Below, piece by piece: positions 21,599-31,686 of a DNA stretch of 64,000 nucleotides. This DNA is from an uncultured Candidatus Saccharibacteria bacterium (GTDB taxonomy: Bacteria; Patescibacteriota; Minisyncoccia; Phycocordibacterales; DSPV01): the NCBI GenBank assembly GCA_964617735.1, contig CAZTXT010000001.1:331589-395588 (forward strand), written 5' to 3'. Both the position numbers and the translations under genes were made by a program. Position 1 is the stretch's first letter, and every line of letters begins with the position of its first letter. A model generated the notes under the pieces. The model had not been told where the DNA came from, did no database searches, and saw only the letters and a list, made by a program, of their open reading frames with translations.

Positions 21599-22603
21599 AT
21601 GCTCATCGGGAAAGCATCGCCGGAGGATATGAACCTTCACCCACTGCGCTACAAGTGGGCGTATGATTTGTACAATCAGGCCGTGAGGAACACGTGGTTC
21701 CCGCATGAGATCGCACTCAAGGAAGATTTAGACGATTGGCAGAAGATGACCGAAGACGAGCGGCATGCAGTCAAATTTACGATGGCGTTCTTCAATCCGG
21801 CGGAGCTGATCGTCAATCGCTCAATAGCTCTCGGCATCTATCCGTACCTCAAGTCGCCCGAGTGCCATCTCTACCTTGCCAAACAGATGTGGGAGGAGGC
21901 GAACCACTGCGTCGCATTCGAGTATGTGCTCGAGACGTTCCCCTTTGATCGCGAGAAGATCTTCACTTTGCACCTCGAAGTTCCCTCGATGCACAAGAAA
22001 GAAGAATATGTCACGCGCTACACCAAGCGCATGACGGAGGAAAACTTGGATATTACAACGACCGAAGGCAAAAAAGATTTTATCCGAAACCTGGTGGCCA
22101 CTAACATTGTGATGGAAGGTGTCTGGTTCTATTCGGGTTTCATGGTCTCGCTTAGCTTTCGCCAGAGAAATCAATTGCGCAACTTTGGCTCCATGATCAA
22201 CTGGGTACTGCGCGACGAGTCTTTACATCTGAAGTTCGGCATTAACCTCATCCACAATATCTTGGAAGAGAACTCTGACCTCTTGACCGAGGAATTTGCC
22301 GACGAGATACGCACTATCATCATTGAAGGGGTTGATTTGGACACCGCGTACAACCGTGACCTCTTTCCGAATGGCATCCTCGGTCTCAACGCTGACTATG
22401 TCAATCAATACGTCCAATATGTCGCCGACCGCCGGCTTGAAGAGCTAGGGCTCCCCAAGCACTACAATGTCACTAACCCCGCCAAGTGGATGTCCGCTGC
22501 GACCGATGTCTTTGAACTCGTCAATTTCTTTGAAGCGCAAAACACGTCGTACGAAGTGGATTCTCACGCGCACGAGACGAAGAAGAAAGAAGAAGCAAAA
22601 TAA
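21599..22603 (+). CDS. nrdB: ribonucleotide reductase beta subunit, class Ic signature
   Basis: PAEL (E69), EEANHCVAF (F107 in place of the radical Tyr), EGVWFYSGF, RDESLH and NFFE motifs. Confidence 0.93.
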   Translation: MLIGKASPEDMNLHPLRYKWAYDLYNQAVRNTWFPHEIALKEDLDDWQKMTEDERHAVKFTMAFFNPAELIVNRSIALGIYPYLKSPECHLYLAKQMWEEANHCVAFEYVLETFPFDREKIFTLHLEVPSMHKKEEYVTRYTKRMTEENLDITTTEGKKDFIRNLVATNIVMEGVWFYSGFMVSLSFRQRNQLRNFGSMINWVLRDESLHLKFGINLIHNILEENSDLLTEEFADEIRTIIIEGVDLDTAYNRDLFPNGILGLNADYVNQYVQYVADRRLEELGLPKHYNVTNPAKWMSAATDVFELVNFFEAQNTSYEVDSHAHETKKKEEAK

Positions 22604-22656
22604 AGACACCCCGACTCTAAGCGAGTCAGGGTGAGTGTAGAAGCAGAAGACTCTTT

Positions 22657-23469
22657 TTATTTTTCTCGGTTCAGTTCTTCCACCAGGGTTGCAGCCTTTC
22701 GGTGTTTTAGTTTGTCATGTTGTCGCCTGTATATATCGATTAACAGTCTTTTTGCTGATGCTCGAGCATCATTTGAGAGCCTTCTTCTACCTACAAAAAG
22801 ACATTTGCCAGTCATTGCTGCACCATAGCCATAGCGAACAGAACTTTCGCCTCTAAATGCTAGGGGTTCCTCAAGCCGGACAGAGAGGGTGTCATCCCAA
22901 GCTGAGACGATGCGTCCTTTGAGGATAATCGACCCAAAATTTGTTTGGATCGGTATATTAGAGTTTCTCTCGAACTCTTCGTCTTTTCTACGTTTTTTAT
23001 CCTCCTTTGCGATGTAACCTTTGACTCGATTTTTCACATAGGTGAGTACAGCTTTTTTGCTACGCTGGACTATGTTGGCTGGCACTATCCCCTTGAGAGA
23101 ATAGATATAATGCGCTCTGGAATCAGGCACTGGTATATCTTCGTTGTATTTGAATGTCACTTTTCCACCCTTACGTTCAAACTCAATGTCTTCCCCAAAA
23201 GCTCCCCATATCGGGATATTAAGTTCTATTCTCAGTTTTTCGATCTCTTCGCTGCTTGGACTTTGGTGTGGCCATTCAGCCCGCTGAACCATAATCGATG
23301 TTTTCAGTTCAACAAGGCGTCTGACGCATGTCTCATCAGCCATAATCTCTGTGAAGGAGAAACCGTCAGTCTCAAAATTGCGTTCTGAGAGAACTGTGTC
23401 TTTTCCGAACAGTTTTTCGACTTCAAACCGTTTGTCAATCGATGGGAACCGAATTTTTATGAGTCTCAT
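22657..23469 (-). CDS. hypothetical protein
   Basis: 270-aa AT-richer ORF with an AAGGA SD. No family recognised. Confidence 0.7.
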   Translation of the reverse strand: MRLIKIRFPSIDKRFEVEKLFGKDTVLSERNFETDGFSFTEIMADETCVRRLVELKTSIMVQRAEWPHQSPSSEEIEKLRIELNIPIWGAFGEDIEFERKGGKVTFKYNEDIPVPDSRAHYIYSLKGIVPANIVQRSKKAVLTYVKNRVKGYIAKEDKKRRKDEEFERNSNIPIQTNFGSIILKGRIVSAWDDTLSVRLEEPLAFRGESSVRYGYGAAMTGKCLFVGRRRLSNDARASAKRLLIDIYRRQHDKLKHRKAATLVEELNREK

Positions 23470-23489
23470 TATTTTCCTTTCAACGAACT

Positions 23490-23676
23490 AAAAACACTCC
23501 CGAGAGGGGAGTACATCAAGTAGGTTTCCGAACAAACGAAAAATAGTTTCGTTGTATCTTTTCCGCCGGAGGCGGACTGGAATTGGCACTTCATTCGCCC
23601 TAGGGCGGACAAGTTGCCGATGGAGATTGGGCCAGAGCCCTTAACACTCCATACTCTTGATACACTGTGTTTGCTG
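23490..23676 (-). ncRNA. candidate structured leader/ncRNA ending in a terminator-like hairpin
   Basis: Lies downstream of a TTGACA-17-TAGACT promoter. Several hairpins are enclosed by GTATCAAG/CTTGATGTAC, followed by ACTCCC-ctctc-GGGAGT-GTTTTT. Confidence 0.45.
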
Positions 23677-23682
23677 GTGGGT

Positions 23683-23711
23683 AGTCTATACAAGGTCATG
23701 TATTTTGTCAA
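23683..23711 (-). promoter_or_regulatory. sigma70 promoter
   Basis: Minus strand reads TTGACA-17 nt-TAGACT. Confidence 0.65.
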
Positions 23712-23764
23712 ATTAAGAAAAGAAAAGCCCAGCTGGTTGAACCGGTTGGGCTTTTTGAGTTTCG

Positions 23765-24430
23765 TTAGAGTTTTCCTTTCCATGGAACGAAAGCTTGGTC
23801 AACCAAGGTGAGCCTTGAATAATTATTCACCGCCATACCTTGGTAAATAGTGACTGAAGCATTTTCGAAAACTCCCTCTTGGTATCGTCGAAGCACTTCT
23901 TCAATTGAGAGGTGGTGTACTAGTCGTTGAAAAAGATTCAGCCAATGACCATGTACTACTATTAGTACATTTTGGTCGCCATAGTCACGGTTCAGGGTCC
24001 CCATGAAGCTGTGGATGCGAAGTTCGATGTCGGGCCAATTTTCTCCTCCGAGCGGTCGGTAATGGTAGAGTCCTTCGCGTTCTCTACGTTCTAATTCTTC
24101 AGGAAACCGAGTTCGAATCTGTTCAAGTGTCATCGTATGGAAGATTCCACGCTGGCCTTCTGCAAGGCGGGGGTCTTCATACGTTTTCACTTCTGGATAC
24201 ATGATTTGCATTGTTTCTTTTGAACGTTCGTAATACGAAACGTAATAGGCGTCAAAAGAACCGAATGTATTGTGTAAATATTCCCCGGTGATCTTTGCTT
24301 GTTCTCGTCCACGGGACGTGAGAGGATAGGCATATGTTGCCATCCCAAATTGTGCACGCTCATCAACCCCGCGAACATTTCCCTCAGATTCTGCGTGTCT
24401 AACCAAAACTAACTGTGTAGGCCAAGCCAT
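23765..24430 (-). CDS. histidine phosphatase (phosphoglycerate mutase family)
   Basis: LVRHAESEGN, PRLAE, GGE, VVHG and NASVT motifs. Confidence 0.9.
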   Translation of the reverse strand: MAWPTQLVLVRHAESEGNVRGVDERAQFGMATYAYPLTSRGREQAKITGEYLHNTFGSFDAYYVSYYERSKETMQIMYPEVKTYEDPRLAEGQRGIFHTMTLEQIRTRFPEELERREREGLYHYRPLGGENWPDIELRIHSFMGTLNRDYGDQNVLIVVHGHWLNLFQRLVHHLSIEEVLRRYQEGVFENASVTIYQGMAVNNYSRLTLVDQAFVPWKGKL

Positions 24431-24495
24431 AACTACCTTTCTGTTAAAGTTCAAATTTATTTGCATACTACTTGAGTGGCATTTGATGTCAAATG

Positions 24496-24520
24496 AAAAA
24501 CTCCGCCTTTGGGGCGGAGT
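24496..24520 (-). terminator. terminator of rnpB
   Basis: Minus strand reads ACTCCGCCCCAAAGGCGGAGTTTTT. Confidence 0.65.
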
Positions 24521-24529
24521 CTCTCATGT

Positions 24530-24989
24530 CTACCTTGCGTCTATAAGCCGAATTCTGTCGTTCAATCTTGCGATTGAACGGATAGCCATTTATCTAGGCA
24601 CTCCATTACTGAAGAGCTCAAGCGGCACTCCCCATGAACACTTCCATGTTGGGGCTCGACCTTGCAGCTGGGTAAGGATTTAGCCGTTTCACTTCTTCTG
24701 TTGCCAAAAGAACTCGCCCCATGAAGTAGACTTTCGTCACTTAACGGGGCGGTCATTCGCTTTCGCTCATGACCGTCTCTGTTCGCACCTCGCACTTTGC
24801 AGTGGACGGGCGTTACCCGCTACCTTCTTAACCGAGCACCTTTCAAGTCATCTTAATCATCTTGATCAACACGACCTAAAAGGTGCTCGGTAGCAGTTCG
24901 GACTTTCCTCCGAGCACCTTTCAAGTCATCTTAATCATCTTGATCAACACGACCTAAGAGGTGCTCGGCGGCTACCCGACGCAGGGCAG
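24530..24989 (-). ncRNA. rnpB: RNase P RNA
   Basis: Minus strand has GAGGAAAGTCC and ACAGAATTCGGCTTAT (the P4 halves). P1 pairs CTGCCCTGCGTC with GACGCAAGGTAG. Confidence 0.92.
24832..24968. repeat. 59-bp direct repeat (two hairpins) inside rnpB
   Basis: Copies at 24832-24890 and 24910-24968 differ at one base. Each is closed by CCGAGCACCT/AGGTGCTCGG. Confidence 0.95.
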
Positions 24990-25114
24990 GGGAATTGTAC
25001 AACATTTGTTTTGCGTCTGCAATGCTTCATGAACTGTGAGAAAGTCATTGAAAGCGAAGCAGAGCTAGTATATACTTTCCGAAAGCGTAATTAACAGCCT
25101 CTCGTTATTTTGTT

Positions 25115-27571
25115 ATGGAAAAAATCAAAGTGAGGATAGAGGAGTCGATGGACAGCGTGTCACGTCTCGAGAATATCGCCTATTACATCTTGTTAGTGGC
25201 CGCATTTTTGTTGCCTATCTTCTTTATCCCCTCGGCGTCGTTCCCGTTCCAGTTTAGTAAAATAGTCTTTGTATCGTTAACGGTGCTGGTCTCCTTCGCC
25301 CTCTGGCTCATCGCGCGTCTCAAAGACGGCAAGTATCTTCTGCCCAACAATTCAGCATTCATAGCGGCAGGTCTCGTGATACTGGCGGTACTACTCTCGA
25401 CTCTGACCTCTCCCGCCTTGAGCGTTTCCTTCATCGGCCAAGGTTTTGAGATTGGCACATGGACCAATGTCGTTATTCTGTTCCTAGTGATGTTCCTTTT
25501 TTCGGCGCTGTTTAGGCCCAAGGAGCGCGTATTCTATCTCTATCTTTCTCTCTTTGCCTCGTCGTTCCTCATCGTCGTGTTCCATGCCCTGCGTTTCGTG
25601 TTCGGTCCGCAGTTTTTGAGCTTTGGGATCTTTACCGACATCACCTCGAATCTTATCGGGAAATGGAATGACCTCGGTATCTTCTTTGGGCTTGTCGCGT
25701 TGCTCTCGCTCATCACGCTCGAGCTCATGGAGTTCAATCAGATCTTCAAGGTGCTTCTCTGGATCGTCTTTGTACTCTCGGTCATCTCGTTGATCATCGT
25801 GAACTTCCCGACGCTCTGGTATGTGCTTGCGGCGCTGTGCCTCTTTTATTTCGTATACGCGTATGCCTTCAAAAGGGATTTCTCGGCGGTTTCTTCCGCT
25901 GGAACAGTCGAGGAAGAGATGTCGTCGATGCAGGATGCAGGAACCTCAAGCCCCGTCCGCAGGTGGCGCGGCAGTATCCTCGCGCTTATCCTTATCGTCA
26001 TCTCGGTAGCACTGTTGACTGATTACTATACTCCGAGCCGGAATTTCGCCAATTGGGTATCGGGTAAATTCAACATCGCGCAGCTTGAGGTCCGTCCGAA
26101 CTGGACTTCAACGACGAAGGTCGCTATTGCGACACTTAAGAGCGATCCAGTGTTCGGTTCTGGTCCGAATCGCTTCGTCAATGAATGGCTGATGAACAAA
26201 CCCGAAGGCATCAATCAGAGCATCTTTTGGAACACCGATTTCTCGTTCGGCATCGGCTATCTCCCGACCCAACTTATCTCAAGCGGGATCGTTGGTTTCC
26301 TTGCGTGGCTCGCTTTTATCCTCTCGATCGTCTATTTGGGAGTGAAGAATCTGCTCACGCCGATCACCGACCGCTTGCACCGCTATCTCTCGGTCTCTTC
26401 CTTCTTCGCATCGCTTTTCTTGTGGACTTTCTTTATCTTCTATATACCGAGCGCGGTAATCCTGACGCTGACGTTTCTGTTCACGGGAGTTTTTATCGCT
26501 TCGCTCTATAACGAGCGTCTGCTGCGCGCAAAGACCATTTCGTTCACGGATGAATCGAGAGTCGGCTTTGTCTCCGCGCTCGTGCTAACGGCCTTTTTGG
26601 TAGGCGTCGTCGCACTCTCGTACGGTTTTGGAAGAAAATTCGTCGCGTCAGCCTATTTCCAAGGAGCAGGCATCGCGTTCAACAATGAAGGCAATGCGGA
26701 TAAGGCCGAAACCCTGGCCGTCAAGGCAGCCAGTCTTTCGAAGAACGATCTGTATGATCGATTCTTAGCTGTGCTCACGCTCAATAAGATCAACACCTTG
26801 CTCTCCAATCCTCCCACGGGTGTTTCCGCCGATCAGATCCGTTCTGATTTCCAGTCGCTGATGGGTAAGGCACTCAATTATGCGCGCGCCGCAACCGAGC
26901 TCGACAAGACCAACTATCAGGATTGGGTTTCCCTCGGCCGAGTGTACGAAGCGGTAGTACCCCTCAATATCCAGGGGGCGTATGAAAGCGCAAAGACTGC
27001 CTATGACCAAGCGTCCCTTCTTAATCCGCACAGTCCGGAGATCGAACTTATTAAGGCCCGGCTCGAGCTTGCACGCAATGACCGCACCAAGGCAAAGGAG
27101 CATATCGATGCCGCTCTTAAGATGAAGAATAACTATACCGAAGCGATCTTCCTGCTCTCGCAGATCCAGGCTGCTGACGGAAAGGTGAAAGATGCGATCG
27201 CTTCAGTTGAATCTGCAGCGGTCCTTGCGCCGAATGATCCGACGGTATTCTTCCAACTCGGTCTCTTGAAGTACAATGCCCACGATTATCGCGGCTCGGT
27301 ACAGGCACTCGAGCGCGCGGTCTTTCTTGCCCCATCGTATTCGAACGCTAAATATTTCTTGGGCCTTGGCTATTATCAGATCGGGAAGACGAGCAACGCG
27401 CTCACGCAGTTCAACGATATACTCACCTTAAATCCGGGCAATGCGGATATTCCGGTCATCATAAAGAATATCCAGAATGGGCGTGATCCTTTTAGCACGC
27501 TGAAAGATTCTGAAAAGCCTGACAAACGCGAGACTCTGCCGGTCGAGGAGAAACCGGTGAAGGACGAATAG
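25115..27571 (+). CDS. polytopic membrane protein (O-antigen-ligase-like) with C-terminal TPRs
   Basis: About 13 TM segments, a PVFGSGPNRF loop, and TPR-like repeats at the C-terminus. Confidence 0.8.
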   Translation: MEKIKVRIEESMDSVSRLENIAYYILLVAAFLLPIFFIPSASFPFQFSKIVFVSLTVLVSFALWLIARLKDGKYLLPNNSAFIAAGLVILAVLLSTLTSPALSVSFIGQGFEIGTWTNVVILFLVMFLFSALFRPKERVFYLYLSLFASSFLIVVFHALRFVFGPQFLSFGIFTDITSNLIGKWNDLGIFFGLVALLSLITLELMEFNQIFKVLLWIVFVLSVISLIIVNFPTLWYVLAALCLFYFVYAYAFKRDFSAVSSAGTVEEEMSSMQDAGTSSPVRRWRGSILALILIVISVALLTDYYTPSRNFANWVSGKFNIAQLEVRPNWTSTTKVAIATLKSDPVFGSGPNRFVNEWLMNKPEGINQSIFWNTDFSFGIGYLPTQLISSGIVGFLAWLAFILSIVYLGVKNLLTPITDRLHRYLSVSSFFASLFLWTFFIFYIPSAVILTLTFLFTGVFIASLYNERLLRAKTISFTDESRVGFVSALVLTAFLVGVVALSYGFGRKFVASAYFQGAGIAFNNEGNADKAETLAVKAASLSKNDLYDRFLAVLTLNKINTLLSNPPTGVSADQIRSDFQSLMGKALNYARAATELDKTNYQDWVSLGRVYEAVVPLNIQGAYESAKTAYDQASLLNPHSPEIELIKARLELARNDRTKAKEHIDAALKMKNNYTEAIFLLSQIQAADGKVKDAIASVESAAVLAPNDPTVFFQLGLLKYNAHDYRGSVQALERAVFLAPSYSNAKYFLGLGYYQIGKTSNALTQFNDILTLNPGNADIPVIIKNIQNGRDPFSTLKDSEKPDKRETLPVEEKPVKDE

Positions 27572-27591
27572 CTCATGACCGGCGGATTGTA

Positions 27592-29271
27592 ATGGTCAAA
27601 AAGATATTCGCCGTTCTGGGCAGGGAGATACGCGGCCTCCATGAGGCCGCGTATCTTCTCGCCACGTTTGCATTCCTCTCGCAGTTGCTCGCGCTCCTGC
27701 GCGACAAACTACTCGCGTTCACCTTCGGCGCTGGACATGCGCTCGATGTCTACTACGCTTCATTTCGGATCCCCGACCTCATCTTCGCATCCATCGGGTC
27801 GCTGGTCTCTGCATCGATCCTCTTGCCCTACTTCATCGAGCGCTTTGAGGTCGACCCGGCACGGGGCAGGGCATTCGCCGATCAGATGTTCACCGTTTTT
27901 TTCGCCGCCATGGCCGCGGTCAGCATCGCGGTCTTTTTTCTTGTACCTCTGCTCGTGCCGTATCTTATGCCCGGGTTCGCACATGATCCAGCGCTTCCCA
28001 CGCTCATTGTCTGCGTGCGCATCATGCTACTCTCGCCGTTCCTCTTGGGGCTCTCAAATCTCTTCTCGAGTCTGACGCAGATGCATCACCGGTTCTTGGT
28101 GTATGCGGCGAGCCCTGTGCTCTATAATGCGGGTATCATCGCCGGCGTGCTCTTGTTCTATCCTATCTTGGGCATCCCGGGACTTGCGTGGGGCGTGGTG
28201 GTCGGGGCATTCCTGCATATGGCAGTGCAGCTTCCTTTTATTGCGAGCGAACGACTGCTACCGCGTTTTACGGCGGTGTTTAGCTTAGGGAGCATCAAAC
28301 AGATCGTGCTGACCTCGCTGCCGCGGACGGTAACTTTGTCAGCAAATCAGCTCGCATCTTTCTTTCTGATATCGCTCGCATCCTTGATGAGTGCGGGCTC
28401 GATCTCGGTGTTCAACTTCGCCTTCAATCTGCAGTCGGTGCCGCTCACTATCATCGGCGCGAGCTACTCCTCGGCAGTATTCCCGACACTGTCACGTTTG
28501 TATGTAAAAGGGAATACGCAAGAGTTTCTGGATAAAATGATCGCGTCGGCACAGCATATCATCTTTTGGTCGATGCCCCTGATGGTACTCTTCGTCGTCT
28601 TGCGCGCGCAGATCGTGCGCGTGATACTCGGCGCAGGAAAATTCGATTGGGCGGATACGCGCCTTACCGCGGCCGCGCTCGCGCTCTTCACCGTCTCGAC
28701 CATCGGCCAGTCTCTTATCGTGCTCTTCGTCCGGAGCTTTTACGCGGAAGGGAAAACTGCGCGGCCGCTCTTCATTAATGCGATCTCGGCGGCGCTTATC
28801 GTCGTGTCGGGATATCTGCTGACCAAATTGTTCTACGCATTCCCGCTTTTCCGATTCTTTATCGAGGATCTGCTCAAGGTCAGTGGACAGAGTGGAACGA
28901 GCGTTCTGGTCCTCTCCCTCTCCTATACGCTCGGCGTGCTCGTCAATACGATATTGCACTGGTGGGTCTTCGAGCGATCCTATCGGGGGTTCACAGCGCC
29001 GGTGTTCTCGACCCTTTTCCATACATTCTGTGCGGCGGTTATCACGGGATATGTGGCGTTCATCGGTTTGCGCGTCTTCTCTTTTTTTCCGCTTGAGAAA
29101 GTCTGGGGTATCTTCATGCAAGGTTTCTGTGCCGGTATCATGGGTCTTCTTGCGGGTGTCCTCGTATTGACCATGCTTAAGAATCGCGAGCTCGCCGAAG
29201 TGCGCCGGACGCTTCATCAAAAGATTTGGAAGAGTGCCGTGCCGCCAGCGGAAGTGGAGCATCTTCCGTAA
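27592..29271 (+). CDS. murJ: lipid II flippase MurJ/MviN
   Basis: LLRDKLLAFTFGAG, DVYYASFRIPD, SPVLYNAGII and RSFYA motifs. Confidence 0.9.
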   Translation: MVKKIFAVLGREIRGLHEAAYLLATFAFLSQLLALLRDKLLAFTFGAGHALDVYYASFRIPDLIFASIGSLVSASILLPYFIERFEVDPARGRAFADQMFTVFFAAMAAVSIAVFFLVPLLVPYLMPGFAHDPALPTLIVCVRIMLLSPFLLGLSNLFSSLTQMHHRFLVYAASPVLYNAGIIAGVLLFYPILGIPGLAWGVVVGAFLHMAVQLPFIASERLLPRFTAVFSLGSIKQIVLTSLPRTVTLSANQLASFFLISLASLMSAGSISVFNFAFNLQSVPLTIIGASYSSAVFPTLSRLYVKGNTQEFLDKMIASAQHIIFWSMPLMVLFVVLRAQIVRVILGAGKFDWADTRLTAAALALFTVSTIGQSLIVLFVRSFYAEGKTARPLFINAISAALIVVSGYLLTKLFYAFPLFRFFIEDLLKVSGQSGTSVLVLSLSYTLGVLVNTILHWWVFERSYRGFTAPVFSTLFHTFCAAVITGYVAFIGLRVFSFFPLEKVWGIFMQGFCAGIMGLLAGVLVLTMLKNRELAEVRRTLHQKIWKSAVPPAEVEHLP

Positions 29272-29342
29272 CTGCTTCGTGGTGCAGTGGGTTGACTGAA
29301 GAGTTGCAAAACGCTTATGATTGGGGAAGAAAGGATATCCGT

Positions 29343-29651
29343 ATGCACACATCTCTTCAGCAACGAATGGCAGCACTACCGTCTCGTGAACTTTTAAGCC
29401 CGCTTCGCGAGCAATGGCCAGACCTCTGCGGGTGCAGTTATCAAATAAAGGACACCGTATGGGCCGTGGTCATTTTTTCAACGGACCGCCACGATAAGAT
29501 AGCAGACATCATCCCTCAGGTAGATGGCCTGCTCGAAAGACTCCGTCTTTCGCAGTTTGTTCGTTGCAAGGAGATTGCAGCGGAGCACTATACGTTCCAG
29601 TTGGTTGATGCCCCGGGAGCAGCCCCACCGATCCCGACAAGTCTTTTGTAG
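29343..29651 (+). CDS. hypothetical protein
   Basis: AAAGGA SD before the ATG; terminator at 29656-29681. Confidence 0.5.
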   Translation: MHTSLQQRMAALPSRELLSPLREQWPDLCGCSYQIKDTVWAVVIFSTDRHDKIADIIPQVDGLLERLRLSQFVRCKEIAAEHYTFQLVDAPGAAPPIPTSLL

Positions 29652-29720
29652 AGCACACCGCCCGATCAGTTCGGGCGGTTTTGTATTTTTTAGACCCATC
29701 CTGTACTATACGAGGACGAA

Positions 29721-31508
29721 ATGGAAAACATAAGAAATTTCTCAATCATTGCACATATCGATCATGGGAAATCGACGCTGGCCGATCGGATGCTTGAGAT
29801 AACCCAAACGATCGAAAAGCGCCAGATGCGCGAGCAATTTCTGGATTCGATGGAGCTTGAACGCGAGCGCGGTATCACGATAAAAATGAAGCCGGTACGC
29901 ATGCTCTATACCCACAATAATGCGCGCTACACGCTCAATCTTATCGATACTCCGGGCCATATAGACTTCTATTATGAGGTCTCGCGTGCCTTGAAAGCGG
30001 TTGAAGGTGTCGTGCTTCTTGTGGATGCGACCCAGGGCGTCCAGGCGCAGACCTTGACGACGCTTGGCATGGCGCGCGAGGCAAAACTCTCGATTATCCC
30101 CGTTGTTTCAAAGATCGATTCGCCCCTTGCGCGAACGGCAGAGGTCAAAAAGGAGATCGCAAAGATCGTCGGGTGCACCGAACCCGAAGTTCTTGAAGTT
30201 TCCGGTAAAACGGGGGAGGGAGTGGAGAAACTTCTACAAGAGATCATCGCACGGGTGCCGCCGCCCCGGGCAGAGTCGTCAGAGCGAGGTTTCCGCGGTC
30301 TTATTTTTGATTTTCACTACTCAAATCATACGGGTGTCATCGTATACCTGCGGGTGTTCGACGGATCGGTCAATGCCCGCGAACCCTTAAAATTCTGCGC
30401 TTCGGGTACTCGTTTCGTGCCGATAGAGGTTGGTGTCTTCTCGCCCAACGAAACACCGGCGGACACGCTCTCGGCGGGGGAGATCGGCTACGTCGTCACC
30501 GGCATCAAAGAGCCCGGCATTGCATCAGTCGGCGATACCATTACCTCGTTCAAGCACTCCCTGCCGGCGCTTCCCGGATACAGTCAGCCAAAGCCGGTCG
30601 TTTGGGCCTCGGTGTATCCCGAGAGCCAAGATGATTTTGATGCACTACGGCAAGCGATCTCACGCCTCAAACTATCCGATTCATCGCTTACCAGCGAGGA
30701 AGAGAGCTCGGGAGTCCTCGGGCGCGGCTTCCGTTGCGGTTTTCTCGGTATGCTTCATTTAGAGATTATAACCGAACGCCTGCGGCGCGAGTTCGGTCTG
30801 ACGCTCGTGGTTACGACACCCAGCGTCACCTATGACGTTGTCCTCAAAGATGGGAAGCGCATCACGGCATACTCTCCGATACAGTTCCCTGACTATGGAC
30901 AAATTGCCAAAGTCTACGAGCCTATGGTGGACGTTACGATCATCACACCGCCCGATTACCTCGGGCCCATCATGCAATTGCTTTATGAGCATGAAGCGCA
31001 GGTGGGAGAAACCATGGATTTCAGTGACAATCGAACATCTATTGCGCTTACAATGCCCTTACGCGAGCTCATGCGGAATTTTTTTGATGAGATAAAGAGC
31101 ATTACCTCCGGCTTTGCGTCGCTCTCCTACACACTCTCGACTATGGCCGAAGCTGATGTGGTCAGGCTCGATCTCATGGTCGCCGAGGAAGTGGTCCCGG
31201 CGTTTTCCCGTATCATCTCGCGCCGGAAAGCAGAGCAAGAGGCGGAAGCCGTGGCGGAAAAATTGTTCAAAATCTTGCCGAAGCAGCTTTTTGTCACCAA
31301 GATCCAGTCGGTTGCGTTGGGGCGCATCATCGCCGCGCGCCGGCTTGCAGCCCTTAAAAAAGATGTTACCGGATATCTCTATGGCGGCGATAGGACGCGG
31401 AAAATGAAACTATGGCAGAAACAGAAGAAAGGGAAAAAGAAGCTCCTTGAGCGGGGCAGAGTGAGCATCTCTCACGATGTTTTTCTCAAGATGATGCAAA
31501 AAGATTAG
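29721..31508 (+). CDS. lepA: translation elongation factor 4
   Basis: IRNFSIIAHIDHGKSTLADR, DTPGH, GFRCGFLGMLH and YGGDRTRKMKL motifs. Confidence 0.98.
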   Translation: MENIRNFSIIAHIDHGKSTLADRMLEITQTIEKRQMREQFLDSMELERERGITIKMKPVRMLYTHNNARYTLNLIDTPGHIDFYYEVSRALKAVEGVVLLVDATQGVQAQTLTTLGMAREAKLSIIPVVSKIDSPLARTAEVKKEIAKIVGCTEPEVLEVSGKTGEGVEKLLQEIIARVPPPRAESSERGFRGLIFDFHYSNHTGVIVYLRVFDGSVNAREPLKFCASGTRFVPIEVGVFSPNETPADTLSAGEIGYVVTGIKEPGIASVGDTITSFKHSLPALPGYSQPKPVVWASVYPESQDDFDALRQAISRLKLSDSSLTSEEESSGVLGRGFRCGFLGMLHLEIITERLRREFGLTLVVTTPSVTYDVVLKDGKRITAYSPIQFPDYGQIAKVYEPMVDVTIITPPDYLGPIMQLLYEHEAQVGETMDFSDNRTSIALTMPLRELMRNFFDEIKSITSGFASLSYTLSTMAEADVVRLDLMVAEEVVPAFSRIISRRKAEQEAEAVAEKLFKILPKQLFVTKIQSVALGRIIAARRLAALKKDVTGYLYGGDRTRKMKLWQKQKKGKKKLLERGRVSISHDVFLKMMQKD

Positions 31509-31550
31509 CGTAGGTACGTCCGGTCGGTCTCAACTTCTGTCTCGGCTGCA

Positions 31551-31661
31551 TTAGCGGAACAGTGCCGGGAAGTAGAGTAGTATCATGCTGATGACCATCA
31601 GGACACATACGATCGCCCACGCGGCGCGGATCATTTTCTGATGTTTCCGGTTCGTAAACAT
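31551..31661 (-). CDS. 36-aa single-TM small protein
   Basis: Reads MFTNRKHQKMIRAAWAIVCVLMVISMILLYFPALFR. Confidence 0.5.
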   Translation of the reverse strand: MFTNRKHQKMIRAAWAIVCVLMVISMILLYFPALFR

Positions 31662-31686
31662 TTTGGTGGTGCTATAATAGCACACA

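Noticed and set aside
24832-24968. 59-bp direct repeat as a CRISPR array
   Set aside because: Only two units, the repeat is too long, the spacer is 19 nt of RNase P core, and there are no cas genes.
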